Below, one piece after another: positions 45,864 through 55,766 of a stretch of 64,000 bases of DNA (its first letter is position 1; each line of letters begins with the position of its first letter). Under the pieces are notes generated by a model. That model saw only the letters and a list, made by a program, of their open reading frames with translations, had not been told where the DNA came from and did not search any database. The DNA is taken from the NCBI GenBank assembly GCA_051532055.1, contig JAOPTX010000038.1:21471-85470 (forward strand), written 5' to 3'. The position numbers and the translations under genes were made by a program. The stretch comes from Fibrobacterales bacterium. Lineage in GTDB: Bacteria; Fibrobacterota; Fibrobacteria; Fibrobacterales; JAOPTW01.

Positions 45864-47269
45864 GTAACACTCATTTCAATTATATGTTTTGTTGTGTGAT
45901 CAACCTTATAGTTATCAGAAATCTGATATCCAATAACCCAGATTATATCATTATTGTTAGCTAAAAGAGGTAAGGATTGTTGTTGCTCTTTGAGTACTTT
46001 TCTATCACTCAGAAATTTAGTTAATTTCCTTGTTTTGGAGCAAATTCCCAAAGGAGAAAATACATCTCTGCTATTTTTATTGCGAATTACGCATTCTTTG
46101 GGGAGCTTCTCTTTGTCAAGATAAATATGGAGAAGGTCCTGAGAACTAATATCTGGCAGTAAATCAATGGGTATTTCTCTATATTCTAATGTATAAATGT
46201 TAAAATCTAGGGAAATAGGACTGTCTTTCAGGAGGGGGGAAGTAAAGTTAATCGGGTGTCGGATTGACGTAATATTGGCTGTGCAGAGGTGTAAGAAGTG
46301 GCTGTTGATGGCGAGCGACCAACCTTTTTTAAGGTTCAGCCTGAGCGGAGATACGCCAAGTAGTTCTTTGGTTAGATACTGATAGATTGTTTCAAAAGTT
46401 GACTTTTCAAGTTGTGGAGTGCCGACCTTCTTCCAATAGTTATTTAAAAAGATAAAAAGAAGGTCTCTATTGTCGTCAGCGGCAAGGAGTAATTGGATTT
46501 TTTTTGTGTTGAGCGTAATACTCTTTTCTGCAGTATAGATAAGTGTCCCACTAAAAGTAGTGTTGGCCAAGTGTTGCACGGTTGGTTTAAGCTGACGGGC
46601 TAAATGTGTGATAGCGTTACACCGTGTAATAAGATGGGGGTCTTTTTTTAGAAGTTCTGGAATTGTGGTGTGTCGCACATAATTTCTTCGAAACTTCTGG
46701 TCTTCATTTGACGCATCTTCCCGGTAAGGAGTTTGAGTGTCGTTGAGAAACTGAATGATTTCTTCTCTCGATGTTTGAAGGAGTGGACGCAGATAAATGT
46801 TCTCTCTGAGAAGATGTATTGCTTCAAGGCCTTCAAAGCCAACGCCGCGTTCAAGACGCATCAAGAGTGACTCAGCAACGTCATTGGCGGTATGTGCGGT
46901 AATGACAAAATCAAATGAGTATTCAGCAATAAGGGCTTTAAAGAATTGGTATCGCTCATTGCGAAGATAGTTTTCTAAACTAGGTCCTGAATAGTGACTT
47001 CCTTCGATTTTTCGAGTATAGCAAGTAAGATTGTGGGATTGGGCGTATGCTGAAACAAATTGGGCGTCAGTAGTTGAGGCTACTCCTCTAAGTCCATGGT
47101 CTACATGGGCTACTGCAAGTGTATCTATTTGCCACTGTTGAGAGGCATCAATAAAAAATTTGAGGCAAGCCATGCTATCGGCTCCACCAGAAACAGCTAT
47201 AAGTATACGAGTATGCGCAAAAGAGAGTCCTTCAGATGAAAGAAGCTCATTAATGGTTTTTAGTACCAT
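45845..47269 (-). CDS. tilS: tRNA(Ile)-lysidine synthetase
   Basis: 'AVSGGADS', 'HVDHGLR', 'TAHTAND', 'RPLL', 'DASN...RRN'; GAGGTG RBS before ATG 47269. Confidence 0.95.
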   Translation of the reverse strand: MVLKTINELLSSEGLSFAHTRILIAVSGGADSMACLKFFIDASQQWQIDTLAVAHVDHGLRGVASTTDAQFVSAYAQSHNLTCYTRKIEGSHYSGPSLENYLRNERYQFFKALIAEYSFDFVITAHTANDVAESLLMRLERGVGFEGLEAIHLLRENIYLRPLLQTSREEIIQFLNDTQTPYREDASNEDQKFRRNYVRHTTIPELLKKDPHLITRCNAITHLARQLKPTVQHLANTTFSGTLIYTAEKSITLNTKKIQLLLAADDNRDLLFIFLNNYWKKVGTPQLEKSTFETIYQYLTKELLGVSPLRLNLKKGWSLAINSHFLHLCTANITSIRHPINFTSPLLKDSPISLDFNIYTLEYREIPIDLLPDISSQDLLHIYLDKEKLPKECVIRNKNSRDVFSPLGICSKTRKLTKFLSDRKVLKEQQQSLPLLANNNDIIWVIGYQISDNYKVDHTTKHIIEMSVTCKKTQ

Positions 47270-47657
47270 ACACCTCTTTGGGGTCAAAGAGGGGGGTGCC
47301 TTGAGTAACCCAATTACCTTCTTTGAGTTCTCTGAAAAAACACGATTTATATCCTTCATGACAGGCTGCCCCAACACCTTCTGGGGTTACTTTAAAGAGC
47401 AGTGTGTCGCCATCGCAGTCGAGATGAGCAGAAACAACTTTTTGAATGTTTCCTGAAGAGGCGCCTTTAACCCAGATCTCGCTGCGTGAGCGTGAGTAAT
47501 AGGTCATTATACCGGTTTCAATAGTTTGCAGAAGTGTTTCTTCGTTCATCCAAGCCATCATAAGCATTTCGCCGGTGGTTGCATCACAGGCTATAGCGGG
47601 TACGAGACCATGTGTATTAAAAGTAACGTCATTAATAATTGAGGAATTATCGGCCAT
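47250..47657 (-). CDS. hisI: Phosphoribosyl-AMP cyclohydrolase
   Basis: 'GLVPAI', 'YSRSR', 'WVKG', 'DCDGD', 'ACHEGYKSCFF'. Confidence 0.96.
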   Translation of the reverse strand: MADNSSIINDVTFNTHGLVPAIACDATTGEMLMMAWMNEETLLQTIETGIMTYYSRSRSEIWVKGASSGNIQKVVSAHLDCDGDTLLFKVTPEGVGAACHEGYKSCFFRELKEGNWVTQGTPLFDPKEVYGTKNH

Positions 47658-47706
47658 TAGTATCTCTATAAGGAGTGTTTAAGTGGGTAAATGTAATAAT
47701 CACAAC

Positions 47707-47733
47707 AAAAAAGCAAAGGGAATCCTTTGCTTT
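47707..47733 (-). terminator. Rho-independent terminator of the 47773..48459 gene
   Basis: AAAGCAAAGG-gaat-CCTTTGCTTT with T-tail on the minus strand. Confidence 0.75.
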
Positions 47734-47772
47734 GGTATGAGTGGGGTTGGGGAGGCGTGTTGTGGATTGGCG

Positions 47773-48459
47773 TTATGCCACCATATCAACGGGTTGGGGG
47801 ATTTGAGTGGGGCCTGATGCTTCAGCAAGGAGGTCATCAAATTTTTTCATAGTAAGTTCAAAAGTATCATTATAAAGGCGATGGGTGCTATCATCAACAG
47901 TGCCGATAATTCCTTTTGCCTGACGGAAGCCCTCTTCTACAGCGTCACGAATCTCTGTAATATACTCTACATCATCTTCAATTCCTGCGACGCCCTTAAA
48001 TGACATGGCGAAATCAACCAGGCGTTGTGCGGTGTTTTCTGCATTCCAGAATTCAGGAACTTCAGCCGCTTCAACATCTTCCGATACTTCATAAATAACA
48101 TCCGATCCGTATTTTGCCAATAAAGATTCGTTGGTTTCTTCTTGAGCTTTCTTATTGGACTCAAAGACCATTTCAAGGAGGTCTGATTTGATTTTTTCTT
48201 GGAAATCATCGATATTGAAGCCATTCAAAAGTTGGGCTGCACGTGGGTCTAGTTGGTTTCCTTTTGAGATTGTTGAGTCTATAGTAGTTTTACTATAGCT
48301 CATTTCAAATGAATCACCATCTTTACTTACCTGATAGGTCTCTGTGCTGTAGTGAAAATTTGACTCGTGTGCTTTTTGAGGCTTTTCTGCCTCATGAAGC
48401 TCTTTTCCCTTTACTTGGCTGGTGGGAGCTGCCTCTTGTGATATTGCTGAAATTGACAT
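47773..48459 (-). CDS. DUF5610-like protein
   Basis: C-terminal 'WNAENTAQRLVDFA...AVEEGFRQAKGIIG...TFELTMKKFD'. Confidence 0.65.
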   Translation of the reverse strand: MSISAISQEAAPTSQVKGKELHEAEKPQKAHESNFHYSTETYQVSKDGDSFEMSYSKTTIDSTISKGNQLDPRAAQLLNGFNIDDFQEKIKSDLLEMVFESNKKAQEETNESLLAKYGSDVIYEVSEDVEAAEVPEFWNAENTAQRLVDFAMSFKGVAGIEDDVEYITEIRDAVEEGFRQAKGIIGTVDDSTHRLYNDTFELTMKKFDDLLAEASGPTQIPQPVDMVA

Positions 48460-48611
48460 GGTGTCTCACTTCTCTTAACCTCATATAGTATAGTTCGGAA
48501 TTATTAAAGAAAGACTTTAGGTTTTACTTCAGGTTTTACTTTAATGCGTCAGAAATAGCTACTAGCCTACAATCAGAACATATTTAGTAATTTGATGCAG
48601 TGGCACTGTTT

Positions 48612-48991
48612 TTATCAACAAGTGTTAGGCTCTAAGGTGAAAAAGAGGGAAAGAAACGGGCAGTTAAAGCATGGTCCAAGTTGTATGAGGTGTGGGTGTG
48701 TTCTCGGTGTATACATTGTGTGAAATCTACCACTTAAATGTTGATAGATTGTGGGTATATGTGTTGATATGCTGGTAGGACAATGTTGGTTGAAGGTTGG
48801 GAGGATGTGTCGGAATGTGGATAACTTTTGAGTCTAAACAAAATGGCTCTTATGTCAATAAAAAGGCATAAAAATAAATAAATATATTTCAAAAGAAATT
48901 GCTGTGATTTAATAATACAATTTTTACATTCAGACAACTGTTTACGAAATGCCAGGAAAATGAATGCCGTTAGTTGATAAAGTGTTGATAG
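48612..48991. promoter_or_regulatory. DnaA-box cluster with AT-rich tract upstream of dnaA (autoregulatory region and possible oriC)
   Basis: Perfect TGTGGATAA 48816-48824; TTATCAACA 48612; TGTTGATAG 48739 and 48983; TGTGGGTAT 48750; TGTTGATAT 48762; AGTTGATAA 48972; AT-rich ~48855-48930. Confidence 0.7.
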
Positions 48992-50388
48992 AAGTGAGTC
49001 GTGATGATTTTTGGGGCTCGTGCCTATCGAAAATTGAGCAAGAAGTGACTGCACAGCAATATCACACTTGGTTTGATTCTCTCAAATTTATTAAAATCGA
49101 ACAAAATACTCTCTTTCTTTCAGTTGAAGGTTCGTTCATAGCAGATTGGATTCAAAGTAACTATCATAATATGCTTTTGGGCGCGGCCCAGTCACTTGAT
49201 GAATCGGTGCTCTACTTAAATTTTACCGTTGAGGCGCCTGAACAGGTTCGTGTTACACCTACTCCTGGAATAGCCCGAAAAACGTTGAGAGAAATTCCTG
49301 TTGTTCATGATATTTTGCAGGCCCCGCATGAGATGCGTCAAAGTGGTCGTCGAGTCGAACAAGAAGGAATTAATCGTCACTACACATTTGATCAGTTTGT
49401 AAAAGCTGAGAATAATGAGCTTATTTATGTGGCAGCTAAAAATGTAGCTCAGGCTCCGGGCCGTAATAGTGTGAATCCTCTTATTGTGTATGGGGGGACT
49501 GGTATGGGTAAAACGCATCTCCTTCATGCGATAGGTAACTATGCAATTCGTCATCAAACTGCGCAAAAAGTACTCTATCGTACCTCAGACCGTTTTATAT
49601 CTGATTTTATTAGCAAGGTTTCAAAGAAAGATACGGAAGAGAGTTTCTTTAATACTTATAAAGATGTAGACATCTTGCTTATTGATGATATTCAATTTCT
49701 TTCAAATAAAAAGCAGACTCAAGAAGAGTTCTTTAAAATTTTTGAAACGCTTCGCCACATGAACAAACAAATTGTTATTACTTGTGATAAAGACCCAAAT
49801 GAGGTTGAAGGTCTTAATGAGCGGCTTATTGATCGTTTTAGCTCAGGGTTAGCTGCTCCAGTGCTCCCTGCGAATTACGAAACACGTCTCGAGATCCTCA
49901 AGAAAAAAATATCGTGCGATCCTTGCATGAAGCACTTTTCAATTGAGATTCTTCAATTTATTGCAGAGAAGTTCACTTCGAATATACGTGAGCTTGAAGG
50001 GGCTTTGACGCGTTTATTTGCATACTCATCTCTTATGGGGCGTGATCTCTCTTTAGAGGCTGCAAAATCTGTACTTATAGGTGTTGCATCAAAGCAGAAG
50101 GGAAAGGTTTCTATTCAGTCAATTATTGATACGGTGGCAACGGAATTTGATCTCGAACCTGATGTGCTCTGCTCTCAGAGTCGCATTAAATTAGTCGCTG
50201 TCCCTCGAAAGCTTGCCATGTATCTTTCGCGTCATATTACAGGTTCAACCTTGCATACCATTGCGGCTCATTTTAACAGGGATTACTCTACAGTGATTCA
50301 TGCAATTAAAAGTCTCGAGAAAGAGCTTACACACAATGCTGTACTTAATCACAAGATGCAGAAGCTAAAAGCATACCTCAAAAAATAG
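48964..50388 (+). CDS. dnaA: Chromosomal replication initiator DnaA (start may be GTG 48994)
   Basis: 'YTFDQFV', 'NPLIVYGGTGMGKTHL', 'LLIDDIQ', 'QEEFF', 'NIRELEGAL', 'RDYSTVIHA'. Confidence 0.97.
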   Translation: MPLVDKVLIEVSRDDFWGSCLSKIEQEVTAQQYHTWFDSLKFIKIEQNTLFLSVEGSFIADWIQSNYHNMLLGAAQSLDESVLYLNFTVEAPEQVRVTPTPGIARKTLREIPVVHDILQAPHEMRQSGRRVEQEGINRHYTFDQFVKAENNELIYVAAKNVAQAPGRNSVNPLIVYGGTGMGKTHLLHAIGNYAIRHQTAQKVLYRTSDRFISDFISKVSKKDTEESFFNTYKDVDILLIDDIQFLSNKKQTQEEFFKIFETLRHMNKQIVITCDKDPNEVEGLNERLIDRFSSGLAAPVLPANYETRLEILKKKISCDPCMKHFSIEILQFIAEKFTSNIRELEGALTRLFAYSSLMGRDLSLEAAKSVLIGVASKQKGKVSIQSIIDTVATEFDLEPDVLCSQSRIKLVAVPRKLAMYLSRHITGSTLHTIAAHFNRDYSTVIHAIKSLEKELTHNAVLNHKMQKLKAYLKK

Positions 50389-50551
50389 TCTATCATAATT
50401 ATCAACTCCTACCGATGGCATTTCTATCAATTTTGGAAAGAGTCATGAATTTCTATGGTTGATTCTAACAGTCAAATAGTTTCTAGGCCATGGTCAAGCC
50501 CATTAATTGTTACTATCTTAAATGGCAAGAAATTTTTAAAAAAGTTGATTG

Positions 50552-51247
50552 ATGTCGAATAGCTCACTTATCCAGATCGTTCTCGAGGCCGAACTCTCAG
50601 CAATTGTGATTATTGGAATTCTGTTTTTTATGTCATTAGGGACATGGGGAATCATTTTTCTTAAATGGAAACAGAATAAAATATTCAAGAAAGCTAATCA
50701 AAGTTTCAATAAAGATTTTGGGAAAGTATACCAATTCTCTGAGGTTAAGAAAGTTGTTGATAATGGGACTGAATCGCCCCTCAAAAACATCACCTCAGAT
50801 GTGATTGATGAAGTAAAGAATTTCTCAAAATTTGTGAGTTATGATAGCATTATTCATAGAGCGTCGCTTCTCGAAGAGGCTATTCAAAGAAGTGTAGAAG
50901 GGCAGCGTTTGACTGAAGAGCGGTATCTGAGCTTTGTAGCTCTTTGTAGTTCTCTTGCACCTTTCTTGGGACTCCTTGGTACCGTCTGGGGAATCATGAC
51001 GAGTTTCTTTGAAATTGGTAGACAGGGTTCGGCTGAATTGAGCGTTGTGGCGCCGGGCATCGCGGCTGCATTAGTTACTACCCTAGCGGGGTTGATTGTT
51101 GCAATACCAGCATCGGCTGCATATAACTACTTTGTCTCTAAAAACAATAAAAATGAAGTCTACTATTATAATTTTGGGTCACATCTGCTTAGCCTCTTTA
51201 AGCGTGGTGATCTTATGGCTCTCGAAAGTGTAGGGAATCAAGAGTAA
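50552..51247 (+). CDS. tolQ: TolQ
   Basis: 'APFLGLLGTVWGIM...VVAPGIAAAL...AIPA'; first gene of the tol-pal cluster. Confidence 0.92.
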   Translation: MSNSSLIQIVLEAELSAIVIIGILFFMSLGTWGIIFLKWKQNKIFKKANQSFNKDFGKVYQFSEVKKVVDNGTESPLKNITSDVIDEVKNFSKFVSYDSIIHRASLLEEAIQRSVEGQRLTEERYLSFVALCSSLAPFLGLLGTVWGIMTSFFEIGRQGSAELSVVAPGIAAALVTTLAGLIVAIPASAAYNYFVSKNNKNEVYYYNFGSHLLSLFKRGDLMALESVGNQE

Positions 51248-51648
51248 TGAAACGGAGAAACCGTCCCCAACGCGCCAACCAAGAGCTAAACATCACCAAT
51301 TTGGTTGACGTAGTTTTTGCTATTCTCGTAGTATTTATGATAACTGCCCCTCTGATGACTCAAGGGGTGAAGGTTGATCTGCCGAAGGCAGAAGCGCCAG
51401 CTCTCGAAAATAAAGATCTTCTCAGGGTTTCAATTGATAAATTTAGAAACCTCTACATTGGTCGTGATATGGTGACTAAAAAGACGTTTAATGAGATGTT
51501 TATTAAAATTTGGGATAAAGAGTCTGCAGTACTAATAAACTCCGATGCAAAAGTGAGCTATGGAGAGGTTATGAAAATAGTTACCCGAGTACAAAATCTT
51601 GGGGTAACCAAACTGGGCTTTTTGACAGATGGAAAACCACAAAAGTAG
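51247..51648 (+). CDS. tolR: TolR
   Basis: 'NITNLVDV...FMITAPLMTQGVKVDLP'. Confidence 0.92.
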   Translation: MKRRNRPQRANQELNITNLVDVVFAILVVFMITAPLMTQGVKVDLPKAEAPALENKDLLRVSIDKFRNLYIGRDMVTKKTFNEMFIKIWDKESAVLINSDAKVSYGEVMKIVTRVQNLGVTKLGFLTDGKPQK

Positions 51649-52354
51649 CACTTCTTTTTTTAAGGTAGAGAGTAGTAGTGGTGATTTCAAAAAAATCGTC
51701 GTTGTCTCCCTGCTCTTTCACCTTGTTGTCGTAATTCTCGCGGGGTGTGCAGTACTTATACGTCCTTCAAAAAAACCACATGAGGTACCGGTTGTGGAAT
51801 TGGTGCGTCCACCCATTCCTAAGCCTAAAAAGAAAAGCCCTAAAAAACCAATTGTAAAGCCTAAGCCAAAACCGGAGCCAAAACTCGAGCCTAAAAAGGA
51901 TCTCCCCCCTGAAGTTAAGCCGAAGCCTCCAAAGAAACCGCAGAAAGAAAAACCTGAGCCAGAGCCCGATCCTGAGCCAGAACCACCTCAAAAGGAAGAG
52001 CCCATAGAGGATGAGTGGGGTGAAGAGGAGATGGTTACACGAGATTTTGAGCCAACTAAGGCTGAGAAAGCACAGATTGCAAATTATGAACAACGTATTC
52101 GCATGATGCTCGAAAGAAGATTTAACCCGGTATTGGGTCAAAAAGAACATTATGGTAAATTTTGCACTGTTACCTTCAAAATTTATCGAAATGGTGCACT
52201 TATTGATGTGGTTTATGACCCTTCTGGAGTGCCACTCATTGATGATGCAGCACGTCGTGCTATGAGTCGGGGTAGAGTCGAGCCGCTTCCAAAAGCGTAC
52301 AATGGTCAATATAAGGCATTTAGTGTACAGCTTAAATATGTCGAAGCTGAATAG
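51629..52354 (+). CDS. tolA: TolA/TonB-family energy transducer
   Basis: TM 'SLLFH', Pro/Lys/Glu-rich linker, C-terminal 'SG...DDAARRA...PLP'; lies between tolR and tolB. Confidence 0.8.
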   Translation: MENHKSSTSFFKVESSSGDFKKIVVVSLLFHLVVVILAGCAVLIRPSKKPHEVPVVELVRPPIPKPKKKSPKKPIVKPKPKPEPKLEPKKDLPPEVKPKPPKKPQKEKPEPEPDPEPEPPQKEEPIEDEWGEEEMVTRDFEPTKAEKAQIANYEQRIRMMLERRFNPVLGQKEHYGKFCTVTFKIYRNGALIDVVYDPSGVPLIDDAARRAMSRGRVEPLPKAYNGQYKAFSVQLKYVEAE

Positions 52355-52446
52355 AATAGAGTCTTGCCTCTCCTTTTAGCGATAAGTGTACTATGGGTTC
52401 ATTCTTTTTGTTACTTTTTATCCTAAACACACTAATATTGTAAACT

Positions 52447-53700
52447 ATGAAACAACTCTTATTGATTGTCCTTGCCCTCAGTGTACTACTTTCTGCAGAA
52501 GAGGTTAAAGAGCTTGTTGTCACGTCAAGCGGCATAAAACCTACAATCGCTTTCCTTCCTTTTAAAAATGAGTCCGATCTTAAGATTCCTACAGAGTATC
52601 TTCCTCAAAATATAGTAGCTTCAGATCTTGAACTTTCTTCACGGTTTAAAACGATTCATTCACAAGAGATTGATACGGCTTATTGGTATTCAGAAAATGT
52701 TGTGGCTTATGTGACAGGAATTTATTCCCAGAATACTGATGGAAAATTAGTGATTGAGTGTCGATTGAATGAAATGGGAACCGATGCTCTGATGTATGGC
52801 AATCTCTATACATTAGATCAGAAGAAGATTCGAAAGACTATGCACCATTTTAGCGATTATGTTATTAAATCCTTTTATAAAAAGCTTGGAGTAGCCTCTA
52901 CGAAACTTGCCTATGTACATAAGTCAAAGGGTAAAAAAGAGATTCATGTCAGTGATTATGATGGATATAATAAGAAACGAGTGATTGCTGATGGGGCTAT
53001 TGTAACCATGCCCGAGTGGGATATTAATAATGTTGCACTCTATTATGTGAGTTTTAAAAATTATCATGGGCGTGTTTATAAGCGGAATATCTACACAGGA
53101 ATAACAACAGCAGTGATTCCAAATGTTGAACAGAGCTTTGTGCCTCGTGAAAGTGCAGATGGGAAGTTCCTTCTCTATACCAAGGCCCATAGAGGGAATT
53201 CAGATGTGTATAAAATGGACCTCGCGAATGGAAAAAAAACACAGTTAACGAAGCACTGGGCGATTGAGACTTCAGCTGACTGGTCTCCAGATGGTTCTCG
53301 AGTAGCATTTAGTTCTGATAGAGGGGGGATGCCTCAGCTCTATATTATGAATAATGATGGTGAGCAGTTTGAACGCCTAACCTATGAAGGTAAATTCAAT
53401 GATGCCCCTCGATGGTCGCCCAATGGAAAAAATATTGTGTTTTGCGGTCGAAAAGATAGTGGAAGGTTTAATATTTTTGTTATGTCAATGGAGACTAGAA
53501 AAGTTCGTCAACTCACTTTTGATGAAGGGAATAATGAATCGCCCGTTTGGTCACCTGATGGAAAGCTTTTAGCGTTTTCTTCTACCCGGACAGGAAAAGC
53601 TCAAATTTTTATCATGGCTGCTGATGGTACAGGCCTGAAGCAGCTGACTACAAGGGGGAGTAACACCTCGCCTTCGTGGTCACATTATACTATTCAATAA
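52447..53700 (+). CDS. tolB: TolB beta-propeller protein
   Basis: Signal peptide; PD40 repeats 'WSPDG', 'WSPNG', 'FSSDRGG'. Confidence 0.93.
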   Translation: MKQLLLIVLALSVLLSAEEVKELVVTSSGIKPTIAFLPFKNESDLKIPTEYLPQNIVASDLELSSRFKTIHSQEIDTAYWYSENVVAYVTGIYSQNTDGKLVIECRLNEMGTDALMYGNLYTLDQKKIRKTMHHFSDYVIKSFYKKLGVASTKLAYVHKSKGKKEIHVSDYDGYNKKRVIADGAIVTMPEWDINNVALYYVSFKNYHGRVYKRNIYTGITTAVIPNVEQSFVPRESADGKFLLYTKAHRGNSDVYKMDLANGKKTQLTKHWAIETSADWSPDGSRVAFSSDRGGMPQLYIMNNDGEQFERLTYEGKFNDAPRWSPNGKNIVFCGRKDSGRFNIFVMSMETRKVRQLTFDEGNNESPVWSPDGKLLAFSSTRTGKAQIFIMAADGTGLKQLTTRGSNTSPSWSHYTIQ

Positions 53701-53714
53701 TAATAGGAGAAACA

Positions 53715-54242
53715 ATGAAATATAGTATCGTCATTTTTGCAGTAACCCTTATCATGGTGGCATGTTCTGATAATCCCGAACCGGTGATTGAGCCAGCACC
53801 TGAGCCAATCAGCTCATCTGAAGCAGCAATTTCATCATCAGAAGATATACAAGCACAAAAATTAGAGAAAAAGCGTCAAAATGTTGAAGAGATGATTAAT
53901 AAAATCATGCAAGAAGATGTGTACTTCGATTTTGATAAACATATGCTTTCAGAGAAAGCTCGTGATATACTCTCTAGAATTGGTGACATATTAATCGAGG
54001 CTAAAGAATTTACCGTAACGGTAGAAGGTCATACAGATGACCTTGGGACTGAAGCGTATAATATGAGCTTGGGTGGTAAAAGAGCGAAAGCAGTATTTGA
54101 ATTTCTCACTAATTATGGCGTAGCGGAAACGCGTCTTAAAACAATGAGTTTCGGAGAAGAGATGCCTAAATCAGAAGGTTCTACTGATAAAGATCGTGAA
54201 TTGAACCGTAGAGCTCATTTTAAAGTAGGAATAAATAAATAG
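53715..54242 (+). CDS. pal: Peptidoglycan-associated lipoprotein
   Basis: Lipobox 'MVAC'; 'YFDFD', 'EGHTD', 'YNMSLG..RA', 'SFGEE', 'NRRA'; AGGAG RBS. Confidence 0.93.
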   Translation: MKYSIVIFAVTLIMVACSDNPEPVIEPAPEPISSSEAAISSSEDIQAQKLEKKRQNVEEMINKIMQEDVYFDFDKHMLSEKARDILSRIGDILIEAKEFTVTVEGHTDDLGTEAYNMSLGGKRAKAVFEFLTNYGVAETRLKTMSFGEEMPKSEGSTDKDRELNRRAHFKVGINK

Positions 54243-54259
54243 AGTTCAATTAAACTTTT

Positions 54260-54336
54260 AAAAGGCTGAAGTGAGAATAGAAGGTAGGGAAGTTGTAATA
54301 CGGTTCTACTCAGTTTTCTCACTTCAGCCTTTTTTT
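54260..54336 (+). terminator. Long-stem hairpin/terminator between pal and cpoB
   Basis: 18-bp perfect stem AAAAGGCTGAAGTGAGAA/TTCTCACTTCAGCCTTTT, 38-nt insert, T-run. Confidence 0.7.
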
Positions 54337-54372
54337 GTTATATTTTACCCAAATTACTAATGGAATGGTCCT

Positions 54373-55146
54373 ATGATTCGTATAATGTTCTTAATATCAA
54401 TCTTTTTTCTTGCGGTCATGACAACGTCATGTTCATATGTAACAGTTATTCGCACACAAGAGCTCAAAAAAGTAGAGACAAATATCAATACTAAAATTGA
54501 TAGCCTCACTGTAGTTATTGATAGCCTTATGAAAGAGCAACGTCGGACTCAAAATCGAACTAATGCTGATATTCGATTGATTTTGTCGAGTATGGCCAAA
54601 AACAATGAAGCCATTAAAGCGCGTCTCGAAGAGACTCAGTTTCGGTTGCAAAAAATTAATGAGAAATCAGATTCAATACTGACCAAGAAGCCTGAGGTAA
54701 TTCAGCAGGTTGTTGAAGTACCAAAACTTGATTCGTCACAATTGAGTGTAGATTCTGCTCAAATTATTAAAGATCAGGGACTTGAAGAAAGGTACACGGC
54801 ATCTAAAGAATTGTATCAACAGAAAAATTTTAAGGAGGCATATGGCGGCTTTAAAGATGTGTATGTGGGCCACAGTAATAAAGAGGTCGCCGAAAAAGCA
54901 TTGTATTGGTTGGCCGCGTGTTTTGAAGAGTCTGGTAAGAAAGAGGGTGCTATTAAAAATTATAAACGTCTGATTACAGAGTTTCCAACGGGTAAAAAGG
55001 TGTGTACAACAAAATTAAAACTTGCAACGCTTGCAGAATCATTAGGGAAAACTGATTTAAAGCTCGAGATGCTAAAATCTCTAATGGATGATACTCATTG
55101 TGCAGGGACTAACTCAGTAATGCAGGCTGAATCTCTTTTAAAATAG
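54373..55146 (+). CDS. cpoB: CpoB/YbgF-like coiled-coil + TPR lipoprotein
   Basis: Follows pal; lipoprotein-like N-terminus, coiled coil, 'ALYWLA...FPTGKK'. Confidence 0.8.
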   Translation: MIRIMFLISIFFLAVMTTSCSYVTVIRTQELKKVETNINTKIDSLTVVIDSLMKEQRRTQNRTNADIRLILSSMAKNNEAIKARLEETQFRLQKINEKSDSILTKKPEVIQQVVEVPKLDSSQLSVDSAQIIKDQGLEERYTASKELYQQKNFKEAYGGFKDVYVGHSNKEVAEKALYWLAACFEESGKKEGAIKNYKRLITEFPTGKKVCTTKLKLATLAESLGKTDLKLEMLKSLMDDTHCAGTNSVMQAESLLK

Positions 55147-55150
55147 TTGG

Positions 55151-55624
55151 TTACTCGTCATTTGAAACGAGGGCAACGCCAAGATCAAAATTAAAACTGT
55201 CATAGGTAAATGGAATTACCATGGCAGTAACATCTTTCGCATCAGAAACTTTATGGCCTTCCCCAGTGATAACAGAAGGTAGCGAAATCTGGATACTGAA
55301 TTCTGTAAGGTCTTTTTTAGCATAGCCTGCAATAATATTTGCGAGCTCCCCAATGGCGTCGGTGACATCTTCATTTATGTCGCTAATCTCTTCGCCAATA
55401 AATTTACCAACAACATCAAGAGCACATGCTTTGGGAAAGCTGATAGCAATCGCACCTCGAGCTCCACCAGAAAGGCCAATAATTCCTGAAATGTCATGAA
55501 TGGTATTGGCATTGTCTTTGAGTTGGATTTTACCTGGTTTAAGGGTGACGCCAATCATGGTAGAAAAAGATTCAATAGTAGCTTTGATAAATGGGTTAAT
55601 GTGCTCTACTTTTACGTTTGGCAT
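55151..55624 (-). CDS. cheX: Chemotaxis phosphatase CheX
   Basis: 'HINPFI', 'ISGIIGLSG', 'DAIGELANIIAG' (ExxN), 'ISLPSVI'. Confidence 0.92.
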   Translation of the reverse strand: MPNVKVEHINPFIKATIESFSTMIGVTLKPGKIQLKDNANTIHDISGIIGLSGGARGAIAISFPKACALDVVGKFIGEEISDINEDVTDAIGELANIIAGYAKKDLTEFSIQISLPSVITGEGHKVSDAKDVTAMVIPFTYDSFNFDLGVALVSNDE

Positions 55625-55753
55625 GACTAATTACACTCAAAGTTATTCAATTGAGACTATTATCTCATAACCTGATTAAAAAATCAATGCTTTTTTTTGA
55701 AAGCAGAAGCTCAAAAAAAAATAATCATATTGGATAAGCTTTAGAGTGTACAA

Positions 55754-55766
55754 GGGGGGGGGGGGG
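55754..55766. repeat. G13 homopolymer tract
   Basis: 13 consecutive G in the AT-rich intergenic region upstream of cheX. Confidence 0.9.

Noticed and set aside
48734..49054. 106-aa minus-strand ORF over the dnaA upstream region
   Set aside because: Overlaps the DnaA boxes and the dnaA start; no protein-like features.
51800..52000. Short GAGCC-type repeats
   Set aside because: They simply encode the Pro/Lys/Glu linker of TolA; not a CRISPR or DNA repeat element.
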